The position numbers and the translations under genes were made by a program. Positions 38,358-47,466 of a stretch of DNA of 64,000 bases are shown here, piece after piece. Origin of the DNA: a virus (lineage: Duplodnaviria; Caudoviricetes); the IMG/VR virus record IMGVR_UViG_3300010049_000011, positions 64,001-128,000 of that record; one strand, 5' to 3'. The notes beneath the pieces were generated by a model. That model was not told the DNA's origin and did not search any database. It saw only the letters and a list, made by a program, of their open reading frames with translations. Each line of letters begins with the position of its first letter. The first letter of the stretch is position 1.

Positions 38358-38855
38358 GTGGAAGCGAAGAAAATTGTAGGGACTTTTTATTTAGAGCCAG
38401 ACGAGCACATAGACTCTGATACCGTTGTCCTAAAGTTCAAAACTAATAAGAGAAACCTAGTAATAGATACATCCTGTCCGGAAGCTGCTGAGTACGTTCA
38501 GACAGGGGATTATGTTATCCCTAAGGCGAACGAAGCTGGATGTCTGTCGGGGGCCTTTATGGTTGCCTTTGGAGACATTAAGTGCAAGGAATATCTAAAG
38601 ACCTTGTACAAGGATCGGGATTATTCCGAGAGGAACTGGTTCACAGGAGATCTGCACAGCAATTTCTATCTTCAGAATTTCCAGTTAGATCCCTTGCTCT
38701 TCGAGATCCAACCATCCGAGATGTACGAACCTGAACACGAGAACCACGTGCCTTTAAAGGTGGCCTTTTTCAACTCCCTAATCGCGGACAAACCCGCCGC
38801 AGAGATTGAGTATTCGTTTTATTTCGCTAAGAGGAAAGATGGGGTATCCGCATGA
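38358..38855 (+). CDS. Hypothetical protein
   Basis: 165 aa between the spanin candidates. Confidence 0.6.
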   Translation: MEAKKIVGTFYLEPDEHIDSDTVVLKFKTNKRNLVIDTSCPEAAEYVQTGDYVIPKANEAGCLSGAFMVAFGDIKCKEYLKTLYKDRDYSERNWFTGDLHSNFYLQNFQLDPLLFEIQPSEMYEPEHENHVPLKVAFFNSLIADKPAAEIEYSFYFAKRKDGVSA

Positions 38856-39088
38856 ATTGTTCTGTCTCGAAGATACTACGGAGTCTCGCTCTATGTGTGG
38901 TCGTGGCAGGTTGTACCGTAGAGCGTAGAGACGTTATACAGACCAATCGATTCTATCAGGAGAACTTCGATAGCGGTTGCATTCGAGATGGGGTGTCTTT
39001 CTCAGAGATGATTCTGTGCCAGCAAAAAGACCTCAAGTCTGAGCATTCTCAGAACGAAATAACTAATAGACTAGTGTTTGGAGAGTAA
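38852..39088 (+). CDS. Putative o-spanin lipoprotein (Rz1-like)
   Basis: Lipobox VVAGC, 78 aa, two further Cys. Confidence 0.55.
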   Translation: MNCSVSKILRSLALCVVVAGCTVERRDVIQTNRFYQENFDSGCIRDGVSFSEMILCQQKDLKSEHSQNEITNRLVFGE

Positions 39089-39090
39089 CG

Positions 39091-39273
39091 TTGGAAGATA
39101 AGAAAGATACGAAAGTTTCAAACCCAAGCAGAACTAAGTGTGAAGTATGGACACGTGCTATGGGATACCATCGACCTGTCGAGAACTTCAACGTCGGAAA
39201 ACGTTCTGAGTTTAAAGAGAGGGTTTTCTTCTGCGTGAAGAAGACTGAGAAGAGAGTACTGGAGATAGCTTGA
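39091..39273 (+). CDS. Stand-alone NrdD C-terminal glycyl-radical domain
   Basis: TKCEVWTRAMGYHRPVENFNVGKRSEFKER..F. Confidence 0.85.
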   Translation: MEDKKDTKVSNPSRTKCEVWTRAMGYHRPVENFNVGKRSEFKERVFFCVKKTEKRVLEIA

Positions 39274-40352
39274 ATTACGGATTCAATAGGAGTGAGAGTA
39301 AATGGGAGGACTCTGTTTGGCGGTTAACTCCCGTAGAGATCCACGATACTCCTCTAGGAAGCATATATCTTAAACGCGAGGATAAGTTCTTCCTCGGAGG
39401 AGAGATGTTGTCTAACGGGTCTAAAGCTCGTCAAGGAGTATATCTCGCAAGTATGTACGCGAATAAACCCGAGATCCACACAATAATCTCTGGTATGGCT
39501 AAGAATTCCCCTTCACATTTTCATGTTCCGTCTATAGCCAGGCACTTTGGCAAAAAGTCAGTGGAGGTGATTGGTCAATGTAGGCTAGATTCCAGGTTCC
39601 TGGAAGAGACTGAGATGTGCGCTGCTGCAAACTACCTTGGAGCGTCTTTCCTCCGCGCTCCGTGCAATTATAATGCGGTTATCCAAAAGACTGCTCTCGA
39701 GTACTCTAGGAAGGATCCAGGGGTGTATTACCTTGAATATGGAATCACGTTAGATCACAAGAAACATCCTTCTGAAGAGATCTTTTTCTTCCACAGAGTG
39801 GGGGCTAACCAGGTAAACAACATTCCCTCACACATAAAGAAGTTGGTGATTGCGTTAGGTAGTGGAAACTCTGCTACGTCTGTGCTTTTAGGTATAGCGA
39901 TGTTTAGAGATAAACTCCCGAACCTTAGGAGTATTGAATTAATCGGGACAGGGCCGGATCACCTATATTACGTGAAAGAGCGTCTCAATACTATGTCGGA
40001 AGTCTCAGGAGTTGACACGGACATCTTTAAGTGGGAATACGCCTCTCTGGAACCTAGAATACTTCAAGGCGGAGGTCTGTTGGACTTCAGTGGAAAAATC
40101 CTAACAAGATTTCACGACTGCTCCGGATCCTTCGGTCTCTACAATTACGACATGAAGATACCTAACAAGATAGGAAACGTAGAGCTACACCCCCGCTACG
40201 AGGGTAAAATGTGGGATTATATTAAGAGGTCCCATCCTAGCTGGGTCAACGAAGATACTCTGTTCTGGGTTGTGGGTTCTGAACTAAAACTAGACAAGCT
40301 TAAGCAGGCCGTAGACGGATACGAAGGAAACCCTCAAGAAGTGTTTATCTAG
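39270..40352 (+). CDS. PLP-dependent (fold type II) enzyme, DNA-base decarboxylase-like
   Basis: LTPVE..YLKRED..NGSKARQ (PLP Lys), LGSGNSA, LHPRYEGK, LFWVVG. Confidence 0.8.
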   Translation: MNYGFNRSESKWEDSVWRLTPVEIHDTPLGSIYLKREDKFFLGGEMLSNGSKARQGVYLASMYANKPEIHTIISGMAKNSPSHFHVPSIARHFGKKSVEVIGQCRLDSRFLEETEMCAAANYLGASFLRAPCNYNAVIQKTALEYSRKDPGVYYLEYGITLDHKKHPSEEIFFFHRVGANQVNNIPSHIKKLVIALGSGNSATSVLLGIAMFRDKLPNLRSIELIGTGPDHLYYVKERLNTMSEVSGVDTDIFKWEYASLEPRILQGGGLLDFSGKILTRFHDCSGSFGLYNYDMKIPNKIGNVELHPRYEGKMWDYIKRSHPSWVNEDTLFWVVGSELKLDKLKQAVDGYEGNPQEVFI

Positions 40353-40364
40353 GAAGGAGAAGTT

Positions 40365-40703
40365 ATGGTTAGTATACAAAAGTCCTTAGGATTTGATTAT
40401 ACGGAGTTTACAGAAGGAAGATTGTTTTGTGTGTTAGACGTTCACGGAATGTCTTTAGATAGCAGTTATAGGTATGTTCGAGGATCTATTGAATATCTCT
40501 ACTCTCAGAATCTTCGCAACGTTAAAGTTATTACAGGTCACGGAGAAGTGTACAACAAGCTCGAGGAGTGGCTCGAAGACATGTTTGACTCGTTTATTTC
40601 GATGGATCGGAAGAATGGCTGGTATGAAATAACTCTAAGGAAACAGGAACATCTACGTGCTTCTAGCCTGCGTAAAGGATCTAATTGTGGAAAAAGACTA
40701 TAG
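40365..40703 (+). CDS. Stand-alone Smr domain protein
   Basis: LDVHGMS..VKVITGHG..L.EWL..N.G. Confidence 0.8.
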   Translation: MVSIQKSLGFDYTEFTEGRLFCVLDVHGMSLDSSYRYVRGSIEYLYSQNLRNVKVITGHGEVYNKLEEWLEDMFDSFISMDRKNGWYEITLRKQEHLRASSLRKGSNCGKRL

Positions 40704-41799
40704 GATCAACGACCTCGCGACCCGTCAAGAGTACTTCGATGACTGGTTCGCGTTTATGGCTGAGTACGGCATCTTCGCAGGATGTGTTCAGCTATATTTT
40801 CCTGAGTTCGCGAAGAGATTGAATCTGAGTCGCGAGCAGAGGTTCTGGTGGGCCTGGGTAAACTCCCACTGCCAGAATGCTTGTGTGACATATACGATCA
40901 CGAGGTTCTTCCCAGACCTCCCTCGAACCGAAGAAGAAATATCTCGCCTGGAAGAATGGTACAGTAAAAACTGGCGTAGAATGGAGTACGACACGGACCA
41001 ACGTTATAGAAAGGCTAAGCTCGTTAGCGAGTTGCGTGATTATTTGTCTCTTTTAAATGGTAGGACCCAAGAGCAGGTTTTCGACGTTGATCTAGCAGAC
41101 CCTGACCCAAAGAAATACTTCCGTAACGTGCATGACTTTATCGAACAAATAAAGGGTTGGGGAAGACTCACTTGCTGGTCTGGGACAGAATTCTATAAGT
41201 GTCTAGCAGATCTCCCTGTCGAGTGGGATTCTTTCATGATGTATAACGTTGATGGGTCAAAATCTCACAGGAACGGGTGTTTCAAATCCTACGCTAAGGA
41301 CGACTTAGTGTGGGATAAGAGAGAACCCGTCTTCGACGAGAAGAACAGACCAGATTCCCAACTCTGTTCGTTCGCAGAATCTTTAGGTTGGCAGACCGTA
41401 AAGAGGTTGAGAGAGAAATATAAAGAAAAACCCTGGTTCAGGTTTATCGGGCCGGAGACAGTAGAGACAGCCTTCTGCTCTTACAAGAACAGCTTTTACG
41501 GACGCAGGTACGTAACCGTGTATTGTGATATGTCTTATAAACGGATTAAAAGAGCGGAGAGGGATTGGCCAGAAGTGAACTACTCTATCTTCTGGGATAT
41601 ACGCAGAGAACGCCTCCCTAAGAAGATTCTCCTCGAGTATAACCCTCGAGATGCGGAGATATGCAACTCGATGTCCGATCTATCTAAGGTTAAGAAGGCG
41701 CACGTGTTTAAGGAAACTGGAACCCCTCCTATGATGTCCGTCTTATTTCCGGGTAAGTATCGCAGCAGTTATGATGAAGAATTTTTGGAACAGAATTAA
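40687..41799 (+). CDS. Amino acid:DNA transferase (aGPT-Pplase2 family)
   Basis: YDTDQRY, HhH-like IKGWGRLTCWSG.E, DGSKSHRNG, ETAFCSYK, RRYV.VY.D, FWDIR..LP; GTG 40687 with AAGGA. Confidence 0.8.
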   Translation: MEKDYRINDLATRQEYFDDWFAFMAEYGIFAGCVQLYFPEFAKRLNLSREQRFWWAWVNSHCQNACVTYTITRFFPDLPRTEEEISRLEEWYSKNWRRMEYDTDQRYRKAKLVSELRDYLSLLNGRTQEQVFDVDLADPDPKKYFRNVHDFIEQIKGWGRLTCWSGTEFYKCLADLPVEWDSFMMYNVDGSKSHRNGCFKSYAKDDLVWDKREPVFDEKNRPDSQLCSFAESLGWQTVKRLREKYKEKPWFRFIGPETVETAFCSYKNSFYGRRYVTVYCDMSYKRIKRAERDWPEVNYSIFWDIRRERLPKKILLEYNPRDAEICNSMSDLSKVKKAHVFKETGTPPMMSVLFPGKYRSSYDEEFLEQN

Positions 41800-42058
41800 G
41801 TCTCTCAGGGACAGTCTCAACTTAGAGATCCTGTTTGGCCCCTTTTGGTTCCTCTTTAAGGACCTGTTATACGATCTTTTACACATCACCGTTTTCTCAG
41901 TTAAATTTACTTTTAAGTTAGGGTTTTATCTTCTATTTTGTGTTTTTTGGACACTGAACCTTCCAGTCATGATGTTCCAATCAAAAATAACAGTCTTGAA
42001 CAGTGTGCAGAATCTAGTAAATAAGATCAGATCAATCAACGGAGAAATAAGTGAGTAA
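41771..42058 (+). CDS. Hypothetical membrane protein
   Basis: Hydrophobic 95 aa. Confidence 0.5.
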   Translation: MMKNFWNRIKSLRDSLNLEILFGPFWFLFKDLLYDLLHITVFSVKFTFKLGFYLLFCVFWTLNLPVMMFQSKITVLNSVQNLVNKIRSINGEISE

Positions 42059-42272
42059 ATCAGACAATCAAGAGAAAAACGTATATATTAGTGCTAAAGA
42101 GCAGCAGAGGTTGGATAAGAAGTTATATCACGAGAATTTTTTAAAAAAGAATGCGCTACACGTACTCCATCAAAATTTTAGGACAGATGAGGAATTGCGT
42201 GATTATTGTTTTAACACTTACGGCCCTTATTACGGTGCAGATCTATACGCCTATTTAGGTAAAGCGTCCTAG
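42051..42272 (+). CDS. Hypothetical protein
   Basis: GGAG RBS. Confidence 0.55.
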   Translation: MSKSDNQEKNVYISAKEQQRLDKKLYHENFLKKNALHVLHQNFRTDEELRDYCFNTYGPYYGADLYAYLGKAS

Positions 42273-42277
42273 GAATT

Positions 42278-42286
42278 GTTCTAAAT
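42278..42286 (+). promoter_or_regulatory. Putative late promoter GTTCTAAAT
   Basis: GTTCTAAATCTTAGCTAATT nearly identical to the 1477 context. Confidence 0.6.
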
Positions 42287-42314
42287 CTTAGCTAATTATG
42301 TACGGATTTCAGTA

Positions 42315-42827
42315 ATGGATTTGCTCGCTCTCAAGACACTTGTTAAGGATTTTATCACCTCTCCCGAGGAGGAAGCGACGTTCAAGTCCGTAGCTTCTGA
42401 CGAATCTTCGAAGATGGTAATGTTCTTGACCGAAGAGTCTAGAGGAAAGATACAGGAATTCTGCGAGAGATGGGAACTTCCTTGTAGTCAAGAGAAACTT
42501 CTCGAACCGATCGTACTGCTCCGCTCAGACAAGGAACTTAGGTTCCCTGAACTAATCGAAATTGAGGGCCAGGTTATACATACTAGTGGTTTAAGCATCG
42601 AAAACACAGACGAAGGCTCTGATATATTCTTCATCTACCGTAGCCCAACAATCGACAACATAGTCGCTAGGACTGTAGAGATGCTCTCAGAACTTAAGAT
42701 AGATGACGAGAGAAACGAAAGAGTAGTTTTCTGGAGGGATGCTAACCCCAGACAGGCTCTGGACTCTAATAACGACTTTAATCCTAGACTCGAGTTGAGT
42801 GTTTATTTAGAGATCGAGAAAGCGTAG
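42315..42827 (+). CDS. Hypothetical late protein (possibly tail completion)
   Basis: After a late motif; no firm family motif. Confidence 0.4.
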   Translation: MDLLALKTLVKDFITSPEEEATFKSVASDESSKMVMFLTEESRGKIQEFCERWELPCSQEKLLEPIVLLRSDKELRFPELIEIEGQVIHTSGLSIENTDEGSDIFFIYRSPTIDNIVARTVEMLSELKIDDERNERVVFWRDANPRQALDSNNDFNPRLELSVYLEIEKA

Positions 42828-43072
42828 TGGTCGCATCAATTCCTCTGAGATTCTACTATACGTGCACTAAGTGTAACCTAAACTCGGTAGAGTTCGTCAC
42901 TAAGGATGGCAAAGTTCCATCTGGGACCCAAAAATTCATGAAAGACCGTGGTTGGTATCTAAGCGTTGATATTTGTTTGTGTCCTAAATGTAATAAACGA
43001 GATCCTACTAAGACGCACCACTCCTTACTTAAATACAAGTTAAAAGATAAGACAAGCAATTTTCAATTATAG
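42827..43072 (+). CDS. Small zinc-ribbon protein
   Basis: CTKC..GW..CPKC. Confidence 0.6.
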   Translation: MVASIPLRFYYTCTKCNLNSVEFVTKDGKVPSGTQKFMKDRGWYLSVDICLCPKCNKRDPTKTHHSLLKYKLKDKTSNFQL

Positions 43073-43082
43073 AGACACCTAG

Positions 43083-45386
43083 ATGGCAGCAACAGTATTT
43101 CTTCCTCGCAGAGGCTCAACGTCCCAGATGGCGTTATTCACCGGACAACCAGCCGAGCTAACAGTAGATACTACTAAGAGTGTTGTAGTTATGCACGACG
43201 GTATAGTTCCTGGGGGCTACCCGCTGTTGAGGGAAGATTTCGGAAACGTAAACCCTGCTACCGCAGCAAACTCCCTAATAGCCCTCAGGTCTATGTCTAA
43301 CGTTTCTCCAGACAGTATTGCTCAGCTAGGAATAGCTTACGCTGACCTGAATAACATGACGAATCTATCGAGTCAGGGTAAGTCTGTTATTCTTGAGTCT
43401 ATAACTCCTTCTGATCTAGACGGACTCGGAGCAGCCTTGGTAGACATGTCTAACGTCTCTTTATCTGCTGTGTTGGATCTTGGAGTAGCCGCCCAAGACA
43501 TGACTAATGTGAATAGGCAGAACGTGCTAAACTTGGGTATAGCTTCCAGCACCCTGGCCGAGAACACGGATATACTCTCTTACATTGATCCCTTAGCAAA
43601 TAACGATTTATCGAACATAAATTGGGATGCTGTAGATTTCTCTGCGATGCCTCTATTAAACGTAGACGGGTCTAATGCAGCGTCAATAAGTAAGGTTTTG
43701 ACCCAGTCTCTGAGAAACTTGGTTATTAACGGAAACTTCTCTGTAAACATCGGAGATTACGTTCCGGGTACTCCCGTGTCTGTTCCTGTAAACCCCGATC
43801 CGGAACCCCTACCTCTATATACCGGTTGGAGCACCGTTGTAGATGGATCTTACGTTGATAAGACTCAAACATCTTCTTCGGGACAAGACCCTATCGGATC
43901 ATCCATCGTGTTTGGAGAAATATTCTCTGACGTATGCGATTGGCAGGAGACTCAGTTCAATAGGAGCTCTCCTAGCATAACTGCTTGGTTTACTTCGCAA
44001 ACGTATGTTGAAGACGGTTCCTTCCAAATAAACCTCATCTCTGAAAATGGAACCGTAACCTTATGGAGCTTCGGCCCGTTTACGGAAGACGCCAACAACC
44101 CAGGACTATGGGTCGGTGATAACCCTTTAACAAGCACGGCTGCTAGCGCTCTAGAGACGTTCAGAATTCAAATAATCTCAGGAACTTCAGGGTCGTATAA
44201 AGAAACTACGTTCAACATGCTAACTCTAGATTTGTGCGGCCACGTATCCCCGTACGAACAGAGGCCGATTACTTTAGAGAAGTGCTTAGCTGCTGACCCC
44301 GTACAGATGGTCCAGGACGAGACTGAGAGAGCTATAGCAGCAGAACGTGCACTACAGGCCCTCGGAGGCAAGTGGATCGGTGAGAATTTCCCTAACTACT
44401 ACATGTCTCTTCCGTCAACGGTTAACTTTATTAGGCCCTCTAACTTTGATCCAGTCGGGTATAATAACGTAGAGTTTGCTTCCTTAACTGATCTCCAAAA
44501 CGCTGACCCGTCTCCCTCAGAAGGAGATGTAGGTATAGTAACAACGGACTGGAGGACAGTAACTTACTACTTATACACGAGCGGATCTTGGGTTGCTCAG
44601 ACCCCGGACGCTAACTCAGCCTACACATACTTGCAGGGAGTCGTAAGTGGGTCTAACCCGACTCCTGACCCGAACGATTGGTTTAGGATTCAGCAAGACA
44701 TGCCTAGAGGAGGCAATACTACTCAGTGGGTTTGGTCTACAGCAGTTTCACAGACTCAACCTACGTTTAACTTTAACTTTATACTATCTATAAAACCTAG
44801 AGATTTTGAGACCGACCCCATACAGTTAGACGAGACGTCTACAGTAATACAGACTTTATTGTCTTACGTGGATACGGGAGACAGTATTTCGACTCTGTTG
44901 GCCGGTAAGCAGAACACAATAGGGCTGACTCCAGGGTTCTTTGTTCTGCGAGGAGATCCTACAGGGTCTTTTATCCAGAATACTTGGGTCGTATCTACCT
45001 CTGATTCTTACGCTGTATCCACAGACAGTGAGATTTACACTGCGGCGCGAGTGGATGCCTTGGTGGCAGCTTCGATAGGATCTATCCCTATTGGAGCACT
45101 CCCCTTGCTTCCTACTAATGTAGGGCAGTATACTCTGTCGTACGACGGGACTAACTATTCTTGGAGGAACCAGCAGTTCCAAGAAACGGATTTAACCCCA
45201 CAGATAACTGGGTCTAACACAGTATTCAATATTAGCTCTCTGATAAACAACACTTGCTACGTCCAGGTCTTCTTTAACGGGTTAAAACAGAGGGCTACTA
45301 ACTTTACGATAAACTATAGTGCGTTGACGCTGACCCTCGGATTCACTCCGGCTACGACAGACGCCTTAGAGATAGTGTGGGTCTAG
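43083..45386 (+). CDS. Fibre/virion protein with Mtd_N-like N-terminus
   Basis: PRRGST..FTG.PAELTVDT..MHDG..GGYPL; A..DMSNV repeats; RNLVINGNF. Confidence 0.75.
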   Translation: MAATVFLPRRGSTSQMALFTGQPAELTVDTTKSVVVMHDGIVPGGYPLLREDFGNVNPATAANSLIALRSMSNVSPDSIAQLGIAYADLNNMTNLSSQGKSVILESITPSDLDGLGAALVDMSNVSLSAVLDLGVAAQDMTNVNRQNVLNLGIASSTLAENTDILSYIDPLANNDLSNINWDAVDFSAMPLLNVDGSNAASISKVLTQSLRNLVINGNFSVNIGDYVPGTPVSVPVNPDPEPLPLYTGWSTVVDGSYVDKTQTSSSGQDPIGSSIVFGEIFSDVCDWQETQFNRSSPSITAWFTSQTYVEDGSFQINLISENGTVTLWSFGPFTEDANNPGLWVGDNPLTSTAASALETFRIQIISGTSGSYKETTFNMLTLDLCGHVSPYEQRPITLEKCLAADPVQMVQDETERAIAAERALQALGGKWIGENFPNYYMSLPSTVNFIRPSNFDPVGYNNVEFASLTDLQNADPSPSEGDVGIVTTDWRTVTYYLYTSGSWVAQTPDANSAYTYLQGVVSGSNPTPDPNDWFRIQQDMPRGGNTTQWVWSTAVSQTQPTFNFNFILSIKPRDFETDPIQLDETSTVIQTLLSYVDTGDSISTLLAGKQNTIGLTPGFFVLRGDPTGSFIQNTWVVSTSDSYAVSTDSEIYTAARVDALVAASIGSIPIGALPLLPTNVGQYTLSYDGTNYSWRNQQFQETDLTPQITGSNTVFNISSLINNTCYVQVFFNGLKQRATNFTINYSALTLTLGFTPATTDALEIVWV

Positions 45387-45390
45387 TAAT

Positions 45391-45768
45391 ATGGACGAAT
45401 ATAGGCAATTATCCACAGGGGTGCTCGAAGTAGTCCTTCAGCGCCAGGGAACTGTCAACTGGCACGACTTAATGTTGTCTACATCAAACGGTGGTGTGGC
45501 TCTAAATACCCCTCCTGTGACTACTATAGATCCCGATTCAGGAGTTATAACTACCGTTGTAGGGAACAACGTAACCAAGACTCGGATTGTCAGACCCCAA
45601 CCCAACGACTGTGGTTGGATGGATGGTACCCAGACGCATTCTTTAGACTTAGGAGTGATTGGAGATCTTGTTGACGATTCTCTTGACCTAGGATCTCCAA
45701 CTAATGTTGTAGAGCAGCCTTGGATGGTTATGCCTGAAGATATTACTCTTCCTTGGGTTTCTGTTTAA
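45391..45768 (+). CDS. Small virion/fibre-associated protein
   Basis: LDLG..LDLG acidic repeats; follows the fibre gene. Confidence 0.5.
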   Translation: MDEYRQLSTGVLEVVLQRQGTVNWHDLMLSTSNGGVALNTPPVTTIDPDSGVITTVVGNNVTKTRIVRPQPNDCGWMDGTQTHSLDLGVIGDLVDDSLDLGSPTNVVEQPWMVMPEDITLPWVSV

Positions 45769-45848
45769 ATTTATTTAATACCTTTGCTAGGTTATTACTA
45801 TCACACCTAAACTTTTCACTTGCCTTTTGGAAAGAAGCAAGCTATAGT
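45768..45848 (+). promoter_or_regulatory. Early sigma70-type promoter with upstream box
   Basis: Box ends 45792; TTGCCT 45820; 17 bp; TATAGT 45843. Confidence 0.8.
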
Positions 45849-45909
45849 TCGTTCTGAGTTGTGTCCGCAAGTAAAATGTTTGAAGGGAGATTACGGTTGG
45901 ATGTGTGTT

Positions 45910-47289
45910 ATGAACTATAGAGAAATAAGCTCGGACTTACAGATCTGCGTAAACGGGCAGAAGAAACAATACGCAGATTCTATCCAACTTATAGCCTCAG
46001 AGAATTACCCAAGTCAAGCAGTTCTCGATCTCATGGGTAGTTGTCTGTCTGCAAAATATTCCGAAGGATATCCAGGTAAAAGACATTACGGAGGTTGCTC
46101 GATAGTTGATGAAGTTGAGCAATTCGCAATAGACAAGGCGTGTGAGTTGTTTAAATGTGATTATGCGAACGTCCAACCTTGGAGCGGAAGCCAAGCCAAT
46201 CAGGCGGTGTACTTAGCTTTCCTAAAACCGCATGAAGTTATACTGTCTATGTCTTTGTCTAGCGGAGCTCACTTAACTCACGGAAGCAGGTTTACTTCCT
46301 CCGGTAAGTTTTATGTTCACAAGGAGTTTGATCTTGACGAGAATAACGAGATAAGCATGATTCTTTTGAGTAAGTCTCTAAAGGAACACCAACCACGTAT
46401 GCTAATCATGGGGTACTCTGCGTACTCCCGAAAGATTAGCTTCGCACAAGTGCGTGAAGAGGTTGATCGCCACAACACTTGGTTGTGGTTGCACTTAAAA
46501 GAGATGTCTATCGGTATAGAGGAAGCGATCGTAGAGGAAACTTACGAGAGTAAGAAATGTCTCTTGATGGTCGATATGGCCCACTTTGCGGGTATAGTAG
46601 CAGCCTCCACCCGCACGAACGTTCAAGATCTGTTAAACGACGCAAACCTGTTGTGGGAAGATGAATGTCTCCCGTTCCCCTATGCAGACGTCGTGACTAG
46701 CACAACCCACAAGACTTTAAGAGGGCCGAGAGGAGGCCTTATTCTCTGGAACGATGAATCCTTTACTAACAAGATAAACCATGCAGTATTTCCAGGCATC
46801 CAAGGAGGAGCCAACCAAGCAACAATAGCAGCGAAGGCCCAGTGTTTTATAGAGGCCCTGGACTCTGAGTTTAAAAGATATATAAACAACGTTCTCAGGA
46901 ACACCCAGGCCTTAATCAGAGGATTGCTCAGTACTGACGATAGGCTGAAGGTAGTGACTGGGGGTTCTGACAACCACATGATTTTGTTGGACTTGAAAGG
47001 GATTAACTTACTGGGGTCGGACGCTGAGTCCGCATTGGAATCTGTAGACATCATCTGCAATAAGAATTTAATGCCGGGAGACAAGAAACCCGCTGAATCT
47101 TCTGCTATACGTTTAGGGACAGCCGCTATGACTTCGCGAGGGTTCACAGAACAAGTGTTCGAGGACTTAGGAGTTGTGATTGCCAAAGTGTTAGCGAAAG
47201 CTGCAGGAAGATGTCTCTTCTACGAGGATAAGACCGTTTACTCGAGACAGGTTGCTGGTTGGGTTAAAGAGTTCCCGTTGGAGTATTGA
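45910..47289 (+). CDS. glyA: Serine hydroxymethyltransferase
   Basis: LIASEN, KYSEGYPGKRHYGGC, NVQP.SGSQAN, DMAHFAG, TTHKTLRGPRGG, RLGTAAMTSRG; two short insertions. Confidence 0.97.
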   Translation: MNYREISSDLQICVNGQKKQYADSIQLIASENYPSQAVLDLMGSCLSAKYSEGYPGKRHYGGCSIVDEVEQFAIDKACELFKCDYANVQPWSGSQANQAVYLAFLKPHEVILSMSLSSGAHLTHGSRFTSSGKFYVHKEFDLDENNEISMILLSKSLKEHQPRMLIMGYSAYSRKISFAQVREEVDRHNTWLWLHLKEMSIGIEEAIVEETYESKKCLLMVDMAHFAGIVAASTRTNVQDLLNDANLLWEDECLPFPYADVVTSTTHKTLRGPRGGLILWNDESFTNKINHAVFPGIQGGANQATIAAKAQCFIEALDSEFKRYINNVLRNTQALIRGLLSTDDRLKVVTGGSDNHMILLDLKGINLLGSDAESALESVDIICNKNLMPGDKKPAESSAIRLGTAAMTSRGFTEQVFEDLGVVIAKVLAKAAGRCLFYEDKTVYSRQVAGWVKEFPLEY

Positions 47290-47292
47290 ATA

Positions 47293-47421
47293 ATGTGCTA
47301 CGATGTATTTTGGTGCCCTATGTGTCGAGGTTCTGGTAAGATCTTGAGTTGCGACGTGTTCTCGTTCTTATGCGGGCCGAGATTCGAAGTATGTACGTTC
47401 TGTCGTACCTGGAGTGGTTGA
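47293..47421 (+). CDS. 42-aa Cys-rich zinc-finger microprotein
   Basis: Not in track: MCYDVFWCPMCRGSGKILSCDVFSFLCGPRFEVCTFCRTWSG*. Confidence 0.5.
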   Translation: MCYDVFWCPMCRGSGKILSCDVFSFLCGPRFEVCTFCRTWSG

Positions 47422-47466
47422 TTGTGTTCTGAGTTATATTGAACAACCGTGTAAAGGAGGAAAATA

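Noticed and set aside
18610-45386. Diversity-generating retroelement suggested by the Mtd_N domains
   Set aside because: No reverse transcriptase, no TR/VR repeat pair differing at adenines, and no C-type-lectin-like C-terminus seen in the window
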